Of a stretch of 64,000 nucleotides of DNA, positions 11,701 through 26,300 are shown one piece after another. The notes beneath the pieces are model-generated. The model was given only the letters and a program-made list of their open reading frames with translations. It had not been told where the DNA came from and ran no database searches. Both the position numbers and the translations under genes were made by a program. The stretch is taken from assembly GCF_006345805.1 (NCBI RefSeq), contig NC_043015.1:38502001-38566000 (forward strand), written 5' to 3'. Every line of letters starts with the position of its first letter. Positions within the stretch are counted from its first letter, which is position 1. This DNA comes from Octopus sinensis (Eukaryota).

Positions 11701-14700
11701 GAAAGGTGTTTCTACTATGCTTTGGTGTTCGCAAAAGTATTTGAGTAGGGTTGTATGTTTTTCTCTTTGTGTTCATTGATTACTATACAGGTATTTAAAA
11801 CTTCTTGTTTGTGGAGGTAGAGTTTGTTTGGTGTTTGTTTATAAATTTTCTTCAAAATCTCCAAAATCAGTCATCTTGCTCAAAAACAAAGATCTGACAA
11901 GTACCTGTAACAACCAGGAACTGACGTGGCCTACCAAAACAAACATTTTCACACATGTGAAGGAAGGGGAACACCATCTTCCTATGCAGCATTCGTTTTG
12001 GCAGGAAAAAATAAAGTTGGATACTTTTTTGAGCACGCATATATCGAAATCAAATTCGATGACTGGCATCCTTGCTAGTGGAGCACTAAGAGAACCATCC
12101 GAGCGTGATCGTTGCCAGAGCAGCTGACTGGCTTCCATTCCTGTGGCACGTAAGAAGCACCATTCGAGTGGGATCATTACCAGCTTCGCCTTATTGACAC
12201 GTGAAAAAACATTCGAGCGAGGTTGTTGCCGGTGCCGCTGGACTGGCACATAATAAACACCATTTGAACTTGGCCGTTGCCAGTACCGCCAGACTGGCCC
12301 TCGTGCTGGGGGCACATAAAAGCACCCACTACACTCTGAGTGGTTGGCGTTAGGAAGGGCATCCAGCCATAGAAACTCTGCCAGATCAGATTGGAGCCTG
12401 GTGAAGCCAACTGGTTCGCCAGACTTCAGTCAAATCGTCCAACCCATGCTAGCATGGAAAGCGGACGTGGTGATGATGATGATATATATATATATATATA
12501 TATATAAGTTGATGCATCTGTCAACTTGCAATTGTTCAAAGGAAACATTAATAGTATTGATTTCACTGGTTTTGGGGGTCCTTCAGTGACCCTAAATCCT
12601 GTCCCTTCCTCCAGATCACTCAAATAAAAAAAAGCATATCTTCCCTGATACACAAACATCTCACCCATCTCAGTTGCCCATGTTTCACTCAACATTCCAA
12701 ATTGCTCTAAAATGTTGTCTACACATGTGTGTTATACCTCAATTTTGCTAAACTTTATATACTTATCTCTCTAACCATCAGAAATTAGGTAAACCAATAA
12801 TTACCCAGTTGGTAACTTACCAATAACATACTCTTGTACACAAAATATTTGTGGACTGAATTAATTTAACAACTTTTCTACTTTTCAGGTACAACCGCAG
12901 AATACAAGGGTATATTAGAGGTGACTGAAGCTGGACATTTGTATAAAATTGATAAAGATCTCTCAATCCATGCTGTCAGAGACAAGATCAATATATCTAA
13001 TGGCATGGCATGGACATCAGATGACAAAACCATGTTCTACACCCATTCTCTTCCAAGAAAAGTATTTTCTTATGACTATGACATAACCACAGGGGAGATC
13101 TGTAAGTATTATCCATTTTAGGTGTTTCCTTTATTAACAATTCAAGCATGGATTTCAACATAGAATCTAAAAATACCTCTATCACAGATTTAATATCATC
13201 ATCCATGTTCCATGCTGGCATAATTTAATAGAATCCAACAGATCCAAAGACTGGATTGTGCTTTGTTATCTACTTTGGCATGGTTTCCTTATTTCTTTAT
13301 TGTCCACAAGGGGCTAAACACAGAGGGGACATACAAGGACAAACGGATTAAGTCGATTACATTAACCCTAGTGCATAACTGGTACTTAATTTATCGACCT
13401 TGGCGGAATTTGAACTCAGAACGTAACGGCAGAGGAAATACCGCTAAGCATTTCGCCTGGCGTGCAAACGTTTCTGCCAGCTCTTCGCCTTAACTGTTTC
13501 TGAGAATCAATGACCCATAAACACAAAACCATGGGGCTACCCACTTTTGCATCTTGTAGGGGTAGAGTCTAACAAAATCAAACCTGCTAGCGGGTTCAAA
13601 GCATTAACAGAAAATATTTCCTGTTTTCTCTTTAGCCAGAAAACAAGTGGTTTTTGATTTTGAAGGTAAAGAATTCCTCGACTCTGGAATTCCAGATGGA
13701 ATGACAATTGATGTGAATGACAAGATATGGCTGGCTTGCTTCTCCACCAGCCAAATACTCCAGATTGACCCAGAAACAGGTACAGAATATTTAATTCCTT
13801 ACTAAATTCTCATTAGCTGAGCCAACGAAGCATCTTGGGTTGTGGTGGTTATTGGAGCCTATGGGTATTGAACTCGTTTGCCATTGCAGGCCGGACAAGC
13901 ATAAATCAGATCTCATGGGCCAGACAAGGACAATTATTCCTAAAACCCCATTCATAAATGGATAATGGGGTCAATCTATAACAACTTCATTAACAATAAA
14001 GGAAAGAATATGAGGTTTTAAAGTTTGTGGCAGAAAACCTTTTCCCAAAGTATGTACAGCCCCTAATAAATAAAACTCCTTAGAGTGAGAATGGAGATGG
14101 AAATTGCCCATATGAAAGGCCTACAGTTGGGAAGACCAACATTTGATAGAATGCTTCCAGCTTTAGCTGCAAAACCTTTCAATAATGTTCGTATTATTGA
14201 ACACATTCAGATAATTATTAAGAAATCCCCAAAATTTCTGTTTGGCTGGGTGTGTATAGACAAAGTGAAGAAGAAACAAGTCACATGCTATTGTAAATGA
14301 CTTCACAAACTTCTTTTATATTGGTTGTGATCAAAGCATAGCTTGAATCATTAATAAATTCATTAGTTCTTAGTACTTAAAATTAAGACCCTTCCCATGT
14401 TAACTTAGCTTTTCATAGCTCTGAATTCAAGAAGTAAACAGACCAGTCAAGTACCGGGGTCAGTTCTTACATCAAAATTAGTTACATTGCACTGAGGGGA
14501 GGGTTATCAGTAAGCAATGACAACAGCCCTTTCTCTAGAAATGGAAAAGGGCTGAGTGACAGGTTAGTAATGTTTTTTCATAAACAGACAATGTTTCTAG
14601 AGATGATGTTTCACAAGGACAGACCAATGCATACAATACAGCACAGAACAGAAATCAAGATATTTAATTATGAGAGAAGTAATTAGGATTGAAACAAGAA

Positions 14701-15246
14701 TCCAACATAATTATGATAGGAGTAATTGTGAAGATATTAGGTTTTATGTAGTAAAGCTTGTTTGCCAACATAACATGGCAGTCCTGGTTTAGGATGAATG
14801 TTACTGTAATTCTGCCCCAGCTTGCTATACAACACGATGTCTCCTGAGGCAAAATTACAGCAACATTTGTCCTAAACCAGGACTGCCATGTTATGTTGGC
14901 AAACAATCTTTACTACAAAGTAATGTGGCTGAATATCTCACGTTGTGAGATTTAAAAATAATTTTTCGAGTTAGGTTTTATATTTTGCAATTTCGAACAA
15001 ATCTTTTTAATTTTTTCAATCTTAAAATGAACTTCAGGCAAAATTCTCAAATCGGTCAAGTTTCCTGCAAGTCAAATCACTTCCTGTTGCTTTGGAGGTC
15101 CAAACTATGATGAACTCTTTGTGACCTCAAGTGCTGACGAGTTAACAGAAAAACAGTTGCAAAATGAAGAGAAACTTGCTGGAAGTGTGTTCAAGGTTAC
15201 TGAATTGGGGGCCAAGGGTAAAGCAGCTGCTGTCTTTCAGGGATAG
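8748..15246 (+). CDS. RGN: Regucalcin / SMP-30 / gluconolactonase family; exons 8748-8904, 10655-10837, 12889-13101, 13636-13779, 15038-15246 (906 nt, 301 aa)
   Basis: All introns GT-AG and phase-compatible. Translation shows family motifs GEVPHWEE, NRFNDGKCD, ISNGMAW, IPDGMTID and TSCCFGGPNYDELFVT, ending ELGAKGKAAAVFQG*. An acceptor at 8739-8740 implies an upstream non-coding exon. Confidence 0.95.
9469..9695 (+). mobile_element. tRNA-derived SINE family A (representative). Other copies: about 820-1047(-), 7824-7990(-), 10410-10570(+), 13340-13492(-), 20700-21290 (three, -), 23510-23660(-), 55330-55960 (three, -)
   Basis: tRNA-like head GGCGGCGAGCTGGCAGAA...GAGTTCAAATTCC (A and B boxes) with a shared body GTCGACTTTGCCTTTCATCCTTTCGGGGTCGATAAA in more than 12 copies. 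Named family not assigned. Confidence 0.85.
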
Positions 15247-17376
15247 TCTACACCTCTCTCCAAGTATATATGGTGATTTAAAGATTACAGGCATTATAAT
15301 TGTTTTGTGAAACAAAAACACAATAAACAAAAGTAAGTTTGAGAGACTATCTTCTTTGTCTTCTTATGATTGAGGGGTTAAGTCTGCTTTCTAAACCATG
15401 TAGTTTAAGTCCAGTCCCACAGTGTGGCACCTTATCCCTGTGCTCTTTTATAACCTTGGGTTAACCAATACTTCAAGAAATTAGGCAGAAGCCAGTAACA
15501 TATATACCATCTAAAAAACTGGTATTGTCATGTGTAGCCCATAATTTAGAAGTTTGGCAAAAAAACCCCAATAAAATACAATAGACTGAAACAGGATGGC
15601 AAGTAAACAAAAACTCCTTAAAATCATGTCACGATTCAATGAGAGGGACTATATGGTAACTAGACTTGCTGCTAGAAATAGCAACCATATCTGCCTCACA
15701 TCAAATCCTACTGCCATAAATAGGTAAGAAATTGGATAATGTAGTCCTAGATCAACTGTCTGGAAATAATAGATAAGATGGTCTCGGAATATTTTTGACC
15801 ATAGGTCTACTTGTGCCGACCTGGGAGCTTGGAAACAAAACATCGAATAATCACAAACTGCCTCATTTATATCACCAATGTACTGACTTAGAACAGGGCC
15901 ATACAAGGAGTTCTAGGTCTAAATGGCTTCTTGAATGGATTAAATCAAAGAATGGCAGTGTCCCTGAGTCTTTTTGGAGCTTCCAAGAGCAATGAGAAAA
16001 GTTACTCTCAGACAAGCAGCATTGCCTGAATGCAGGCAACTGAATAGATTTCACTAAAGGTACCCAGAGTCCAGGATTGGATCCACCACAAGAAGAAAGG
16101 TAGACCCTGTGAACCTTTTCAGAGTCAAAGAAGTTATACTGAGATCAAAGATATGGTCTAAACACTTGCTATGGAGCGGACTTCACTAATGGGTACCACC
16201 CAAGACGGGTACAGTTCTGCCAATGGGTCATCACAGAATTTCATTCAACTAAATCTCACTCATAAGGTTTCAGTCAACCTGACAGCTTGGGAAAAGACCC
16301 ATGCTAAGGTGCCACATAATGGTGTCGAACCTGACAACTACATCACGGCAAAGCAAACTTCCTACCAACCTTTAGAAAATAACACTAATAATGATACAAT
16401 TAACCCATTTCGACTTTTCACCTTATATTGACTCACCTTGGCCTCAGAACTATTTATTATCTCTTAATAGAACCACTACAATCCTTTCGGATTTTAATCT
16501 TGTTGACTTAGTGGCTTACTGGAGATTAGATGAAAAAAAAAAAAAATTTTAATTAAAAGTTTAAAGTATAGGAAATGTTTTATGGTAGGGGTCAGACATG
16601 ATCTTGAACCAGCTTGTCACTAGGGTGTTGTAACAAAGGGACACCTTATCAAAAATCTTACCAAAGGACAGACTCAAGTTAGCTATCTTAACCAGTGTCT
16701 TAAATACTGAGGCTGGCGAGATTTGTACAAACTCAAACCTAAATCTAGAATCACATCCATGACTGCAGTTGACTTTTCATATTGTGATGCTAAACCCAAA
16801 GGGCTTGAAAATATGGATAATGCCTTTTCTTTATCTAAAGTTTATGCAGAGGCAATGGAAGAGGTGACACTTTGGCATCATTTTTGTTATGTTTACTTCA
16901 AGGAAAATAAAAAAGAAAAAATTGTATTTTTTTTATTGAATTAAAAGAAAAATGTTACAGATACATACCCAGTTCATTTTTTAAAAATAATTCCAAAGAT
17001 TAAAAAAAAACAGGTTTACAACAAGAATTAACTAATCTTAAGTACACCCCAACCCACAACTCCTGGTTTTTTTTTTTTCAAAAAAATATCCCCAAAACCT
17101 CCCCACCCCATCCCGTTATTTCTAACCAACCCAGAATGTAATGAAAAATAGGGGCAACACAGAGAAACAGATGAATGGTTTACAAACGGGTCCACAAACA
17201 CATCCAAAACACAACTGGTCAGGCACTAATTAATCTCCCACCAGAACGAGGACTATTTCCTTATTAATTCTTTGCTTCCTTTGTGTCTTCCTTTGTGTCT
17301 TTCTTTGGTATGTTGGTTTTGCAGTGCGTGGTGGTGGGTGGTGGTGGTGGTGTCTGAGAGTTGCTGAAGCTGCAAC

Positions 17377-20300
17377 TCAACTCTTTTTAGAACTTGGCTT
17401 CAATTCGTCAAAGCAAGATCTTAAAAATATGTGAGGCTTCATTCTCTGTGGGTCAAAACTTTCATGGCCCTGAAGAGACAAAAAAAGAGAGAAATATAGA
17501 GCAAGGAAACAGAAATGAGAGGGGATGAACAGGGTTATGGATGGGTGAGAGACAAAGGGACAGGGAGAGAGAGTAGGAATGGCGCAGAGGGCGACAGAAG
17601 GAGAAAGAGAGAGAGAGAGCAAGAGCGGGAAAGAAAGAGAGAGAAGTGGTATAAGAATAGAGAATACAAACCTTTGACCAGTCATAGCTGGAAGCATAAG
17701 CGAATATGTTTCCTTGAGCATTGAACGAACAAGTAGTCAGGGGTTGATCAAACTGTTCGGAATTTTTTAATTTGGTTCGCGCATCTTTATCCCAGAAACT
17801 GAACCTTCCATCAGAACCAACAGTGGCTAAAGTACCGTGGACTGGATGGAAAGCAATACCATTCACCTGCAAATCACAAATAACGCATTTATATACATGT
17901 GTGTGTGTGCATTTTCTCATAGATTACTGGAAACGAACGACACCACTTATGACAATGACATCCGTTTGAAACTATTACACAATGAAACACAAGAAGACAC
18001 ACAGACATACACACACTCATATATTTCTTAACCCATTAGCATCTAAACTGACCGTATCTGGCCCAAATATGCCTATTTTACATTCAAACCAGCCAGATCC
18101 AGCCTATCACACCTACCCATCAATGTCATTCTAAAAATATACAATCACATCATTAAAACTTCGAAGCTACAAAATAATGCAGGATTAATAATAATAATAA
18201 TAATAATAATAATTGTGTACAGTGCTCAGGTGCACTACAACTCATCTAAAGTGTATATATAATCAGGTGTAGTTTCGGCGGATTTCGGAAAGCATGAGGG
18301 CCTTAAAAGATGCAGTGTCATGGCAGTCAACAACTGACGCAGGCAGTTTATTCCATGCTTCAGCAACTCTGAGCGTGAAAAAATGTTTCTGAAAGTCATG
18401 GGAGCTGTATTGTTTTCTGACTTTGTAGGCATGTCCACGTGTGTTAGACACATGGAGATCAAAAAGGTGTTCAGTGTTGTTGTTGGTGAGGTGGTTGATA
18501 ACTTTGTGGGTGTTTACCAAGTCCGTCGCCAAACGCCGGAGCTTCAGTGAATCCATGCCCAGGGAAACAAGGCGCTCAGAATATGGTAGGTGTCTGATGG
18601 AGGGTATGCGTTTGGTTGCACGTCTCTGGACAGATTCCAGGAGGTCAATGTTCTGTGCAAGATAGGGGTTCCAAACTGATGATGCGAATTCCAAGTGTGG
18701 TCGTACCATAGCTGTATACAGTTTTAAATAGATGGCTGGAGAGCGGCTAACAAAAGACCTGCTGAGTGATGCCAAGACACCCTCGGCCTTCCTGACAATC
18801 TTAGAGATATGCTTTGACCAATGCAAATCACTGCTGACAGTGATGCCTAGGTCACGCTCGCAAGAGGATTTCTTGATATCAGTGTTGTGGAGGGAGTAAG
18901 TGAACGCAGGGTTTTTTCTCCCAAAATGCATGGTGGTACACTTGTCCACAGCCAGTTTCAGTTGCCAGTCTGTGATCCATTGCTGCATTGTGTCTAGGTC
19001 TGATTGCAGGAAAGAGTTGTAGACATCAGGATCTGTCCTCTTGATTTCAAGGTACAGCTTGATGTCGTCTGCATATTTCAATACTGTGGCATTCTTTAAA
19101 TTGGCATCTATGTCGTTACTGTATGCCACAAACAAGAGGGGACCAAGGACAGATCCCTGTGGTACACCCGATGACATCTCATATGGTGTAGAGTGCTGTC
19201 CTAGAACTGTGACTACCTCCTTTCGGCTGAGGATGAAGGATTTCAACCAGTTGAAAAGGTCATCCCCCACACCCATTGCAGAGAGTTTCACCATAAGCCT
19301 TTTGTGTGGCACAGAGTTGAAAGCCTTAGCAAAGTCAAGGTAGACAACATCCACCCATGAGCCACTGTCAGTAATCTGAGTAATGTCCTCAAGGAACTCG
19401 ACAAGCTGGTCACTGCAGCTGGAGTTAGGGACAAATCCATATTGTGAGGGTCGGATGAGACTGTGAGAGCTCCAGAAGTTCCAGAGGTTTCTCTGACACA
19501 CGATTCCATCAGTTTTGCAATACAGCTAGTGAGACTGACTGGGCGATAGTTGACAGGTGATGTGCGGTCGCCCTTTTTGAACAGAGGAATGACACTGGCA
19601 GTTTTCCACTGCTCCGGAGTAGCACCATTGTTGAGACAGTACTGGAAGAAAATAGAAAGCTGGTGTAAAAGGAAGTGCCTGCCACGTTTGAGAAGCAGGT
19701 ATGTAACTCCAATTAATGTAACTCCATTAATTAAAAACAATTTGAATAAATAAACATTACATTTGACAGAATAAGTTGAATGCTAAAGGGTTAAACACAC
19801 ACCACTCCTGCATGTTTGTGTAGATTAATTTTATATAAATGTCTGAGTTGTACTTGTCAAACAAGTGAGTTGATCTGCAACTGCATGTTGGAATTGAAGC
19901 AATTACATCCGGAAAAAGCTGTTTTAGTCATAAAAAATGTGTCAACCCCACCATATAACTTAAATTCACTTCAAATTTATTCAATGACATTTTTATTACA
20001 TTCTTGCCACCTGGTTACGACTCCTTCAACAATCAGTGACCAGGTTGGTTGCAGTTGGACAATAAAAAATTTTGACACTTCATAAAATAAACAAACAGTG
20101 AATTTAACAGTTCTATGCATCAGCAGCCAGAAAATCTCTTCCACAATCTGATTATATCATCATCATCATCATTCCCTTCTCCATGCTGGCATGGGTTGGA
20201 CGGTTTAACAAGGACAGAAATCGATCAACATCAATGGAAATTGCAGCTATGATACCAGTGCCTGTGGTACGTAAGAGAACCATCCGAACGTGGCCGTTGC

Positions 20301-23300
20301 CAGCGCCGCCCTGACTGGCCTCGTGCCGGTGGCACATAAAAGGCTCCATCTGATCGTGGCTGTTTGCCAGCCTCGTCTGGCGCCTGTGCCGGTGGCATTA
20401 GGAAGGGCATCCAGCCGTAGAAACATTGCCAGATAAGACTGGGCCTGGTGCAGCCTTCTGGCTTCCCAGACCCCAGTTGAACCGTCCAACCCATGCTAGC
20501 ATGGAAAGCGGATGCTAAACGAAGACGATGATGATGATGATGATGAGACAAGCCAGGAGGCTAAGCTAGTTTCTATCCTTAATTGTAGAAACTATGCCAA
20601 ACACCAACCACTTAACAGAATGGTCAATATTCCCATAGAACATAATAATAATAACAATCCTTTCTACTAAAGGCACAGGGCATGAAATAGGGTGGGAGGG
20701 GGGACTAGTCAATGACACCAACTCCCAAAAGGATGGAAGGCAAAGTTGACCTTGGTGGGGTTTGAACTCAGGATGTAAAGACGGACGAAATACTGCTAAG
20801 CATTTCGCCCAGTGTGCTTACGATCCTGCCAGTTCACCACCTTAATAATAATAATAATAATAATAATCTTCCCTACTCTAGGCACAAGGCCTGAAATTTG
20901 TAAGAGAGGTGGGGTAGTCAATTACAATGAGCCCAGTACTTTGCTGGTACTTATTTTATCAACCACAAAAAGATGAAAGGCAAAGCCAACCACGGCAGCA
21001 TTTGAACTCTGAACACACAGACATACTACCGGGCATTTTGCGCAGTGTGCCACCTTAATAATAATTATAATCCTTTCTACTACAGAGGCACAAGGCCGGG
21101 AATTTGCAGGGGAGGGGGGATAGTCGATTACATCAACCCCAGGACTTGACTGGTTCTTAAATTATCGACCCCAAAATGATGAAGGCAAAGCGAACTTTGG
21201 TGAAATTTGAAACAAGAACATAGTGGCAGACAAAATACTGCTAAGAATTTCGCCCAGCATGCTAACAACTCTGCCAGCTCACCACCTCAATAATAAATAA
21301 TAAATAATAAATAATAATAATGATGCTGTGTTGTGCAATATACTCGTTTTGCAAAAAATAACAGGCAAATTAATTTTGAATCACACGCTCAATCTTAAAA
21401 AAACACGAAAAGACGCATTGAATAAGGAAGTCCTGGAAACATTAAGTTCATAAAAGAAAATATGTGAGGAGCTTCAATCATAGATTTGTAGGGTTTAGGT
21501 TAAACAGGGTTATAGGAGTGTATTAAGTGAATCTACTCACAGCATAAATATCCTGCATGCCATTTGTGCTCCCATTCAGTCGATGACATTTAAATGTGAA
21601 GTTGTCCTTTGGATTGGTCGACTGTACATAGTGGATAGCCACCCGGCCCTCAATGCTGCCAAGGGCAAAGCCCGTTGGTTGGTTGCTCTTCTTGTCCATG
21701 AATACACTCACACATCGGTGCTAGAAATAGATGTAATGGATTGATATGAGAAAGAGGGCTAGATCAGGTTATATAGGGACAAACAGACAGACAAACATGT
21801 CCCGTGGGTAGACATACTTTTCATGAAAGAATAGAAATGAACAACATTTGCTTGCTTGAAGGTCACATTAACTACAGACATTACAAGTCAAGGGGACACA
21901 CTAATGTAACAGACAATATCCAATTACTTAATACTTGGAAAGAACAAAAATTCTCAAAAACTCTGCAGTTAAGAAAAAAAGAAAAAACAAACATTCTTCT
22001 ACCTGGAATTTTAGTGGAGAATCTATTTTCCTAAATTCTTGGGGTTGGTTTTCCAGTTGGTAGATAATCAAACCTCTCCCAGCTGTTCCTACGACAGCCA
22101 TGGGATATTTCTGCAAGGAAGAAACAAACAAACAAATATTAGTTTTATTTTTATTAATTGGAGAACAGCTGTCTGAGCCAACCCACCAAAACCAAAAAAA
22201 TAACAGAAAATTCGAATTTTATCAGAGTATTTAGAGACGATTTCGTTGTCTCTTTTAATCCTGATCTTTCCTTTCTGCCATTCTGCTCGTTTTCCTTTTG
22301 GTTATCTCCCCTCTTCTATACCTTTCTTTCCCCTCAGTCACCAAAATCAACACCCTCTTTCTTCCCTTATTCTCTTTTACTTGTTTCAGTCATTTGACTG
22401 TGGCCATGCTGGAGCACCACCTTTAGTCGAGCACATCGACCCCAGGACTTATTCTTTGTAAGCCTAGTACTTAATCTATCGGTCTCTTTTGCCGAACCGC
22501 TAAGTTACGGGGACGCAAACACACCAGCATCAGTTGTCAAGCGATGTTGGGGGGACAAACACAAACACATATATACAACAGGCTTCTTTCAGTTTCCATC
22601 TACCAAATCCACTCACAAGGCTTTGGTCAGCCCGAGGCTATAGTAGAAGACACTTGCCCAAGGTGCCACGCAGGAGGACTGAACCCAGAACCATGTGGTT
22701 GGTAAGCAAGCTACTTACCACACAGCCACTCCTGCGCCTTCACTATTTCTTTATGTCTGCTTGAATGACCAGAGCTGACCTGTACTAAACGATAACAACA
22801 TCCCAGTCTTAATAAATCACTAGAGATCAATAGCCTTAGAAAGGTCAGAGGTGAATATCAAAACAGCATTAAAAGAAATTGATGAAATAGCCAGGATTTC
22901 AACTGACAACTTCATTCATCATCATCATCATCATCACCATTGTTTAGCATCCACCTCTGAATGCTTCCAAGGGTCACAACAGAGTTTGCTGAGGCAGATT
23001 CCCTACTTTTTACATCCACATGCTCTCTGAACCCCACAGATCAGATATCATTATACATGACATAAAAATATAAAGAACATCACATCGTAACCATTGCAAT
23101 TCCTTTAGATAGAAATGCTACAAGACACGGGAATAGGAAAGATCTTGAAGCAGACTGGTTTAAAAGCAGAGACATCAAGAATATGGGGATGTCCAACAAC
23201 AAAGTGAAAGTTGTAAGGGTTATGTTCCGGTTAAGGTACCTGGAAAAATAACCCTTACAACTTTCATTTTGTTGTTCACTGAAATATTGTAGGTCATTTC

Positions 23301-26300
23301 CTCCTAAGGACTATCTTACTACCTGAAACAGTTGGTCATCAAGACAGACACACATGAATGCTCCAAATATTTGGCTTCCTTGGAACAGGTCGTATTATAC
23401 CAAAGATACTTTTGGTCTCAAGCCTTTCAGGCTTGAAGAACATAAATACAGGCAATGAAATAATAATACTTTCTATTCTAAGCACAAGGCCTGAAATTTT
23501 GGGGGAGGGGTCCGGTCAATTAGATCGACCCCAGTATGCAACTGGTACTTAATTTATAAAGTCTGAAAGGAGGAAAGGCAAAGTCGACCGCGGCAAAATT
23601 TGAAATCAGAATGTAGTGGCAGACGCAATACCGCTGAGCATTTTGCTAACGACCCTGATAGCTTATGCAATGAAATAATAATTTTTTTATGATACTTACA
23701 ACATCAGCACAATAACATCGTTCAGGTAAGTTAATCACGAGCATAGGGGTCGGGCTTCTGGTGTCCCAAAACTGCAAACAGAAATACAACATCAGAATAC
23801 CAGAATTTACTTGTCAGATATTCACACTGCATCAAATGGTCATACCTCAGCTAATATCGATACCTTACGTTGGCTCAGGATCACAAATTTGTAACAAAGA
23901 GAGAGAAACAGGTTCAAATGACACAAACATAGCATCCCCTTTTTAATATAACCTGGACAGTGAAAGTCCCCAATGAGCAGTTTTGTGGCTACCATTCTTA
24001 GAGCAAGACAGCAGATGTTTGCCAGGAACTGTGTAAGAGACCAAGAGTTGCCATCCAGCCATGCCATTACCTGGGAAACCCATTATTATCTGGAAGGGTG
24101 TACACAAGCATTTTTCAAACATTATGCTCAATAATCTGAAGGACAGTTGCGCTCTAACAGTTGATGAATTCAGGAAAATTACAAAGGAAGGTGTGTGGCA
24201 TGTCTGCCATCGTGTTGTTTTATGCAAGCTGTAGCCAATGAATGGCAGTGGTGTTCTGTGTGTGTGTTGTATTACCTTTAAAGTCTTATCCCAGCTTCCT
24301 GTCATTACACAAGAGTAAGATGGGGCCTTGATCCAGTGGACTGTTTTAATCGGTGCATCATGCTGCAAAAAACAAAACAAAAAAACATCAGTTTAATATT
24401 AAGTGTTTAAGTGCAAAATTATTGAATTTGTTTAGAAATTATAATGATCTTACAAGTGGATCTCATTATGAATTAGAAGAGAATATAAAGCCTAGGTTTT
24501 GTCAGGAGGGGAAAAAGAGGAGTTATGAATCAATTGAATTGACCTCAATACATGACTGGTATTTAAATACCTGAGAGTAGAAATGGAATACCTTTTAACC
24601 ATACTTTTCTTCAGTCAGGACTGACAAAGGGATAAAACAACAAACATATAAACAGACCACAGGATGGACAAACAGACTGCAGCACGTCTCAAATGACCCA
24701 CAACACTGCATGTGACTTAACACTGCATGTATGTGCATATGCGCAGTACAGTTTGCACCTTCGTCAAAGTATTGCACAACTGGAACATCAAATTTGTGGA
24801 TTGCACTAAAAGCGATTCAACCAATGATCTGCATGCCACAAAACTGTTAAATCACACAAGACCTACCTGAACATACACACCAACAACAACAACATCAACC
24901 ACCACCACCACCCCATGTTACATACCTGAGCTATTTGAACAGTCTGATTGCTTGCTAAATCCCACATTTTTGCAGTCTTGTCACACGATGCTGTAAACAC
25001 TTTCGTCCCATCCTGAATGAAAACAAAAAAACAAATTTGTAAAATTTTATCAAAATATAAAAATGTCTCCAATATATCTTTATATATATATAACAGCTAA
25101 TTCCCTATTACACAATCAGGTTAATCTAATTAACCTCATATTTCAGGTTTTAAAAAAACAATGTTCTAGAAAGAAGACAAGGCCGACTGCTTCAAAAATA
25201 TATTTAAACTTTTCTTTGTCAATTCAGATTTAGACAAAATTAAGAACCCCACCCGCCCACCCTCAAACCACAGAATTTTTATTCCCTCAATACCAAGCTG
25301 CTTGAGAGTGCCTCCCCACAGACTGATTTTAGTAAAACACAATCTCCAGTTTTAACATTTAAACTTAGAATCCAGAAAACAGGGTGGAGGATAGCTCTTA
25401 ACCATAGACATACAAAGTCGGAAAGAATACTCACATCGCTCCAGTCAGCATCAAGTACAGCACCTGTATGTGTCTGCTGAGCCTTTGGAATGGTTTGGCC
25501 ATTTGGTTGAACTTCCCAGCACCGAACCTATAAAAAATTGTCAATTTAGAATTTGTACATATTGTGTGTGTGTGTGTATATAGAGTTTTGCTTCAGTATT
25601 GCAAGACTAAAAACCTTGTGTAGAACTCGATACACACATGTTTCAGAATGAAGATTTATTCAAATACAGAGCAATAACAAGAAAGTAAGATGACAAAGGA
25701 ATAAACAAGTGTCTTGTGTACTGCATTGGCTTGCAGCTGCTTCTGCTGCAAGTTGAGTGCCTGAGTAACACTTTCGGAACCACAAATATGAAGAGCAATT
25801 TCTCTCTCTCTGTCTGTCTGTCTCTGTATGTGTGTGTGTAGAGACGCAATGGCCCAGTGGTTAGGGCAGTGGACTCGCAGTCGTAGGATCGTGGTTTCAA
25901 TTCCCAAACCGGGCGTTGTGTATGTTTATTGAGTGGAAACACCTAAAGCTCCACGAGGCTCCAGCAGGGGGTGGTGGCGACCCCTGCTGTACTCTTTCAC
26001 CACAACTTTCTCTCACTCTTCTTCTGTTGGCCTGCTCGCTTAGCCAGCAGGGTGGCGTCATTTGTAGGCTAAAACAATGCGAACGCATTGTGATCAGCAA
26101 CGTGTAGCAACATCTGATAGCCTGGTCAGTCATGGTGATATATATATAGGCACACACACACACTCTTCTATCTACCAAATTTCCCCTCATTTAACAATCG
26201 GTCAAGTCTACAGTATAACACACTTGTCCATGATGCTACAAAGCTGGAATCGAACTTGAGAGCACATGATTAGGAAGAAACAATTTCTTTATCATACAGT

